A stretch of DNA of 15,696 nucleotides from a virus: the IMG/VR virus record IMGVR_UViG_3300027863_000015, one strand, 5' to 3'. The notes under the pieces are model-generated. The model did not search any database. It worked only from the letters and a program-made list of their open reading frames with translations, and was not told the DNA's origin. The position numbers were made by a program, and so were the translations under genes. Positions 14,412-15,696 of this stretch are shown piece after piece. The stretch's first letter is position 1, and every line of letters starts with the position of its first letter.

Positions 14412-15329
14412 TTAAACATGAGAATAAATAGTTCTTGACGATATTACTTCTTTTATTGCCCGGTCAAGATTCATTTTATTAATGGCAAGACTATAAAATT
14501 CCGGGTCTCCTTTGTAATAATTCATAGAACGATAAAATACTGAGGCTCCGCCTTTGATCTTACCCGTAGTAAATTCATCTCTATTAATTTTTTCCCACCT
14601 CATAAAGGGTTGACGCTTGCCATAAATATCTATTACTTCTGCAAAATAACTTCCAAGGCGATCCAATTCATTGTTAGGGTCTTGCCATAGTAAAATACTT
14701 TCCATAGAATAACCCATCGATAGTTGTTTTAATGCTTCTTCCCTGAGTCTCTCAGATGCTTCTCTTAATGAAACAAAGGCATCATCGTCTGTGGGGCGGG
14801 TGTCTGTGAAAGCTAATAACTCATTAATTGCTACGGTCAAGTTGAAACTGGCGGATTGGTCAACGGGTTGCCTCGTATTCTCTGATTGCAAAAACTGAAG
14901 CAAGGCGGGTTTTAGAGCGCTCCGGCATTCTCGATACTTCTGTGTCGCGGCATCAAAATCACTGAGTCGATCCGGATCAATAAAAGGCCGAAGCTCAAAA
15001 ATTGCAGTGTCGTGCTGAACCTTATGGTGAGTTATCAGATAATGCGGGTCTATACTGCCACCGGTAATTTGAGTCATGGCTTCGGCAAAGGCTGAACGAA
15101 ACTTAGCGGCGGCTTCGCGTTTTGCCTTCTGAAGAAAATCAGGTTGCCCCTCTTGCGTTATGTTGACGTCACGGCCAGCCTGTATATTCTGGGAACTAAT
15201 GCCGCCACTTTGTTGCTGAACATGACTCGGTTTTTTTAGCATCCACCCCACTATGGCTACTATTATAGCGACACCAGCGCCGCTAAAGAGCCATGTCTTA
15301 TTATCTATGACCCAATTGAGCGTGTCCAT
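14412..15329 (-). CDS. Membrane-anchored protein of unknown function (305 aa)
   Basis: One N-terminal TM helix (WLFSGAGVAIIVAIVGWML), then a Gln/Ser-rich linker (QQQSGGISSQNIQAGRDVNITQ) and a domain of about 240 aa with no motif I recognise. It is the only minus-strand gene, and its stop lies 4 bp from the stop of the 68-aa ORF. Confidence 0.65.
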   Translation of the reverse strand: MDTLNWVIDNKTWLFSGAGVAIIVAIVGWMLKKPSHVQQQSGGISSQNIQAGRDVNITQEGQPDFLQKAKREAAAKFRSAFAEAMTQITGGSIDPHYLITHHKVQHDTAIFELRPFIDPDRLSDFDAATQKYRECRSALKPALLQFLQSENTRQPVDQSASFNLTVAINELLAFTDTRPTDDDAFVSLREASERLREEALKQLSMGYSMESILLWQDPNNELDRLGSYFAEVIDIYGKRQPFMRWEKINRDEFTTGKIKGGASVFYRSMNYYKGDPEFYSLAINKMNLDRAIKEVISSRTIYSHV

Positions 15330-15497
15330 TCCTCTTCATCCCTTAAGCGCGCTGCTTTTTGGCGCATCCCCTGTAAGGCGTTGGGCTTTCCGTTCTTCCT
15401 AATTGTGACAAAGTACCACGAATTGTCCAGTTTTACAAATCAACCTCGAAAACCAGTTAAGGGTGAAAAAATATTTCTCACAGATTTTTTCCTCAGC

Positions 15498-15590
15498 CCC
15501 ACTTATGGAAAATTCTTAGCGGATCAGAGGCCTATGGACCCTGGTGGGACAAAAGGTGGAATAGTTTGAAGGTGGGATATAAGTGGGATA
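15498..15590 (+). promoter_or_regulatory. Right-arm cluster of GTGGGAYA-type motifs
   Basis: GGTGGGACA 15543-15551, GGTGGAATA 15555-15563, GGTGGGATA 15571-15579, AGTGGGATA 15582-15590. There is also an inverted degenerate copy, CCCACTTAT, at 15498-15506. Confidence 0.5.
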
Positions 15591-15604
15591 AAATCTCAAC
15601 TTCC

Positions 15605-15635
15605 AAATAAAAAAGGGCCAGCATCTCAGCTAACC
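15605..15635 (-). terminator. Rho-independent terminator of tRNA-Pro (right repeat copy)
   Basis: Same sequence as 36-66, shifted by 15569. Confidence 0.6.
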
Positions 15636-15647
15636 CCTTGAAATTCC

Positions 15648-15696
15648 TGGTCGGGACGAGAGGATTTGAACCTCCGACCCCCTGAACCCCATTCAG
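15648..15696 (-). tRNA. tRNA-Pro(GGG), 3' portion (about nt 28-76). The 5' part would lie beyond the window end.
   Basis: The reverse complement reads CTGAATGGGGTTCAGGGGGTCGGAGGTTCAAATCCTCTCGTCCCGACCA. It has an anticodon loop A-U-GGG-G-U with G37, a 5-nt variable loop, a T-arm GGAGG/TTCAAAT/CCTCT, acceptor CGTCCCG, discriminator A and encoded CCA. It closely resembles E. coli tRNA-Pro as I recall it (GGGTCGGAGGTTCGAATCCTCT...ACCA). Confidence 0.8.

Larger units (their letters stand above)
1..15696 (+). mobile_element. tRNA-Pro-associated integrated element, unit length 15569 bp. Capsid and packaging genes are present but no tail or lysis genes, so it is satellite-like (cf-PICI-like) or a deleted prophage.
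   Basis: Identical 127-bp direct repeats sit at both window ends. An integrase lies next to the left repeat. A replication module and a head/packaging module follow, and no ORF resembles tail, tape-measure, baseplate, holin or endolysin proteins. Confidence 0.7.
15570..15696. repeat. Right att direct repeat
   Basis: Identical to 1-127. The right edge is the window edge. Confidence 0.9.

Overview
The window is one integrated mobile element bounded by its own direct repeats. Positions 1-127 are identical to 15570-15696 (offset 15569 bp), and both copies are clipped by the window edges. Each repeat carries, on the minus strand, the 3' 49 nt of a tRNA-Pro(GGG), its hairpin plus U-tract terminator, and two copies of a GTGGGATA motif. 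Genes up to 13345 all read on the plus strand. Their order is tyrosine integrase, a translationally coupled small lipoprotein, a terminator, an AT-rich control region, an orphan ORF, an AlpA/Xis-type HTH protein, a winged-helix replication initiator with an internal iteron array, and an HNH endonuclease. A 0.58-kb non-coding gap follows. After it come putative TerS, TerL, portal, scaffold, major capsid protein, a capsid-adjacent protein with a poly-Thr tail, a Mu-F/SPP1-gp7 head-morphogenesis protein, a head-tail adaptor-like protein, and a Cys-cluster plus sigma-70-region-4-like DNA-binding protein. The last ~2.2 kb before the right repeat is strikingly AT-rich and holds three orphan genes for a secreted protein, a 68-aa protein and a convergent membrane-anchored protein. 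I see no tail, baseplate, tape-measure, holin or endolysin genes and no recognisable CI/Cro-type repressor. The best reading is a roughly 15.6-kb capsid-forming, tail-less phage satellite (cf-PICI-like layout) carrying an orphan cargo island. A tail-deleted prophage remnant is the alternative. All product calls come from motif recognition, gene order and memory of protein families. No searches were run.
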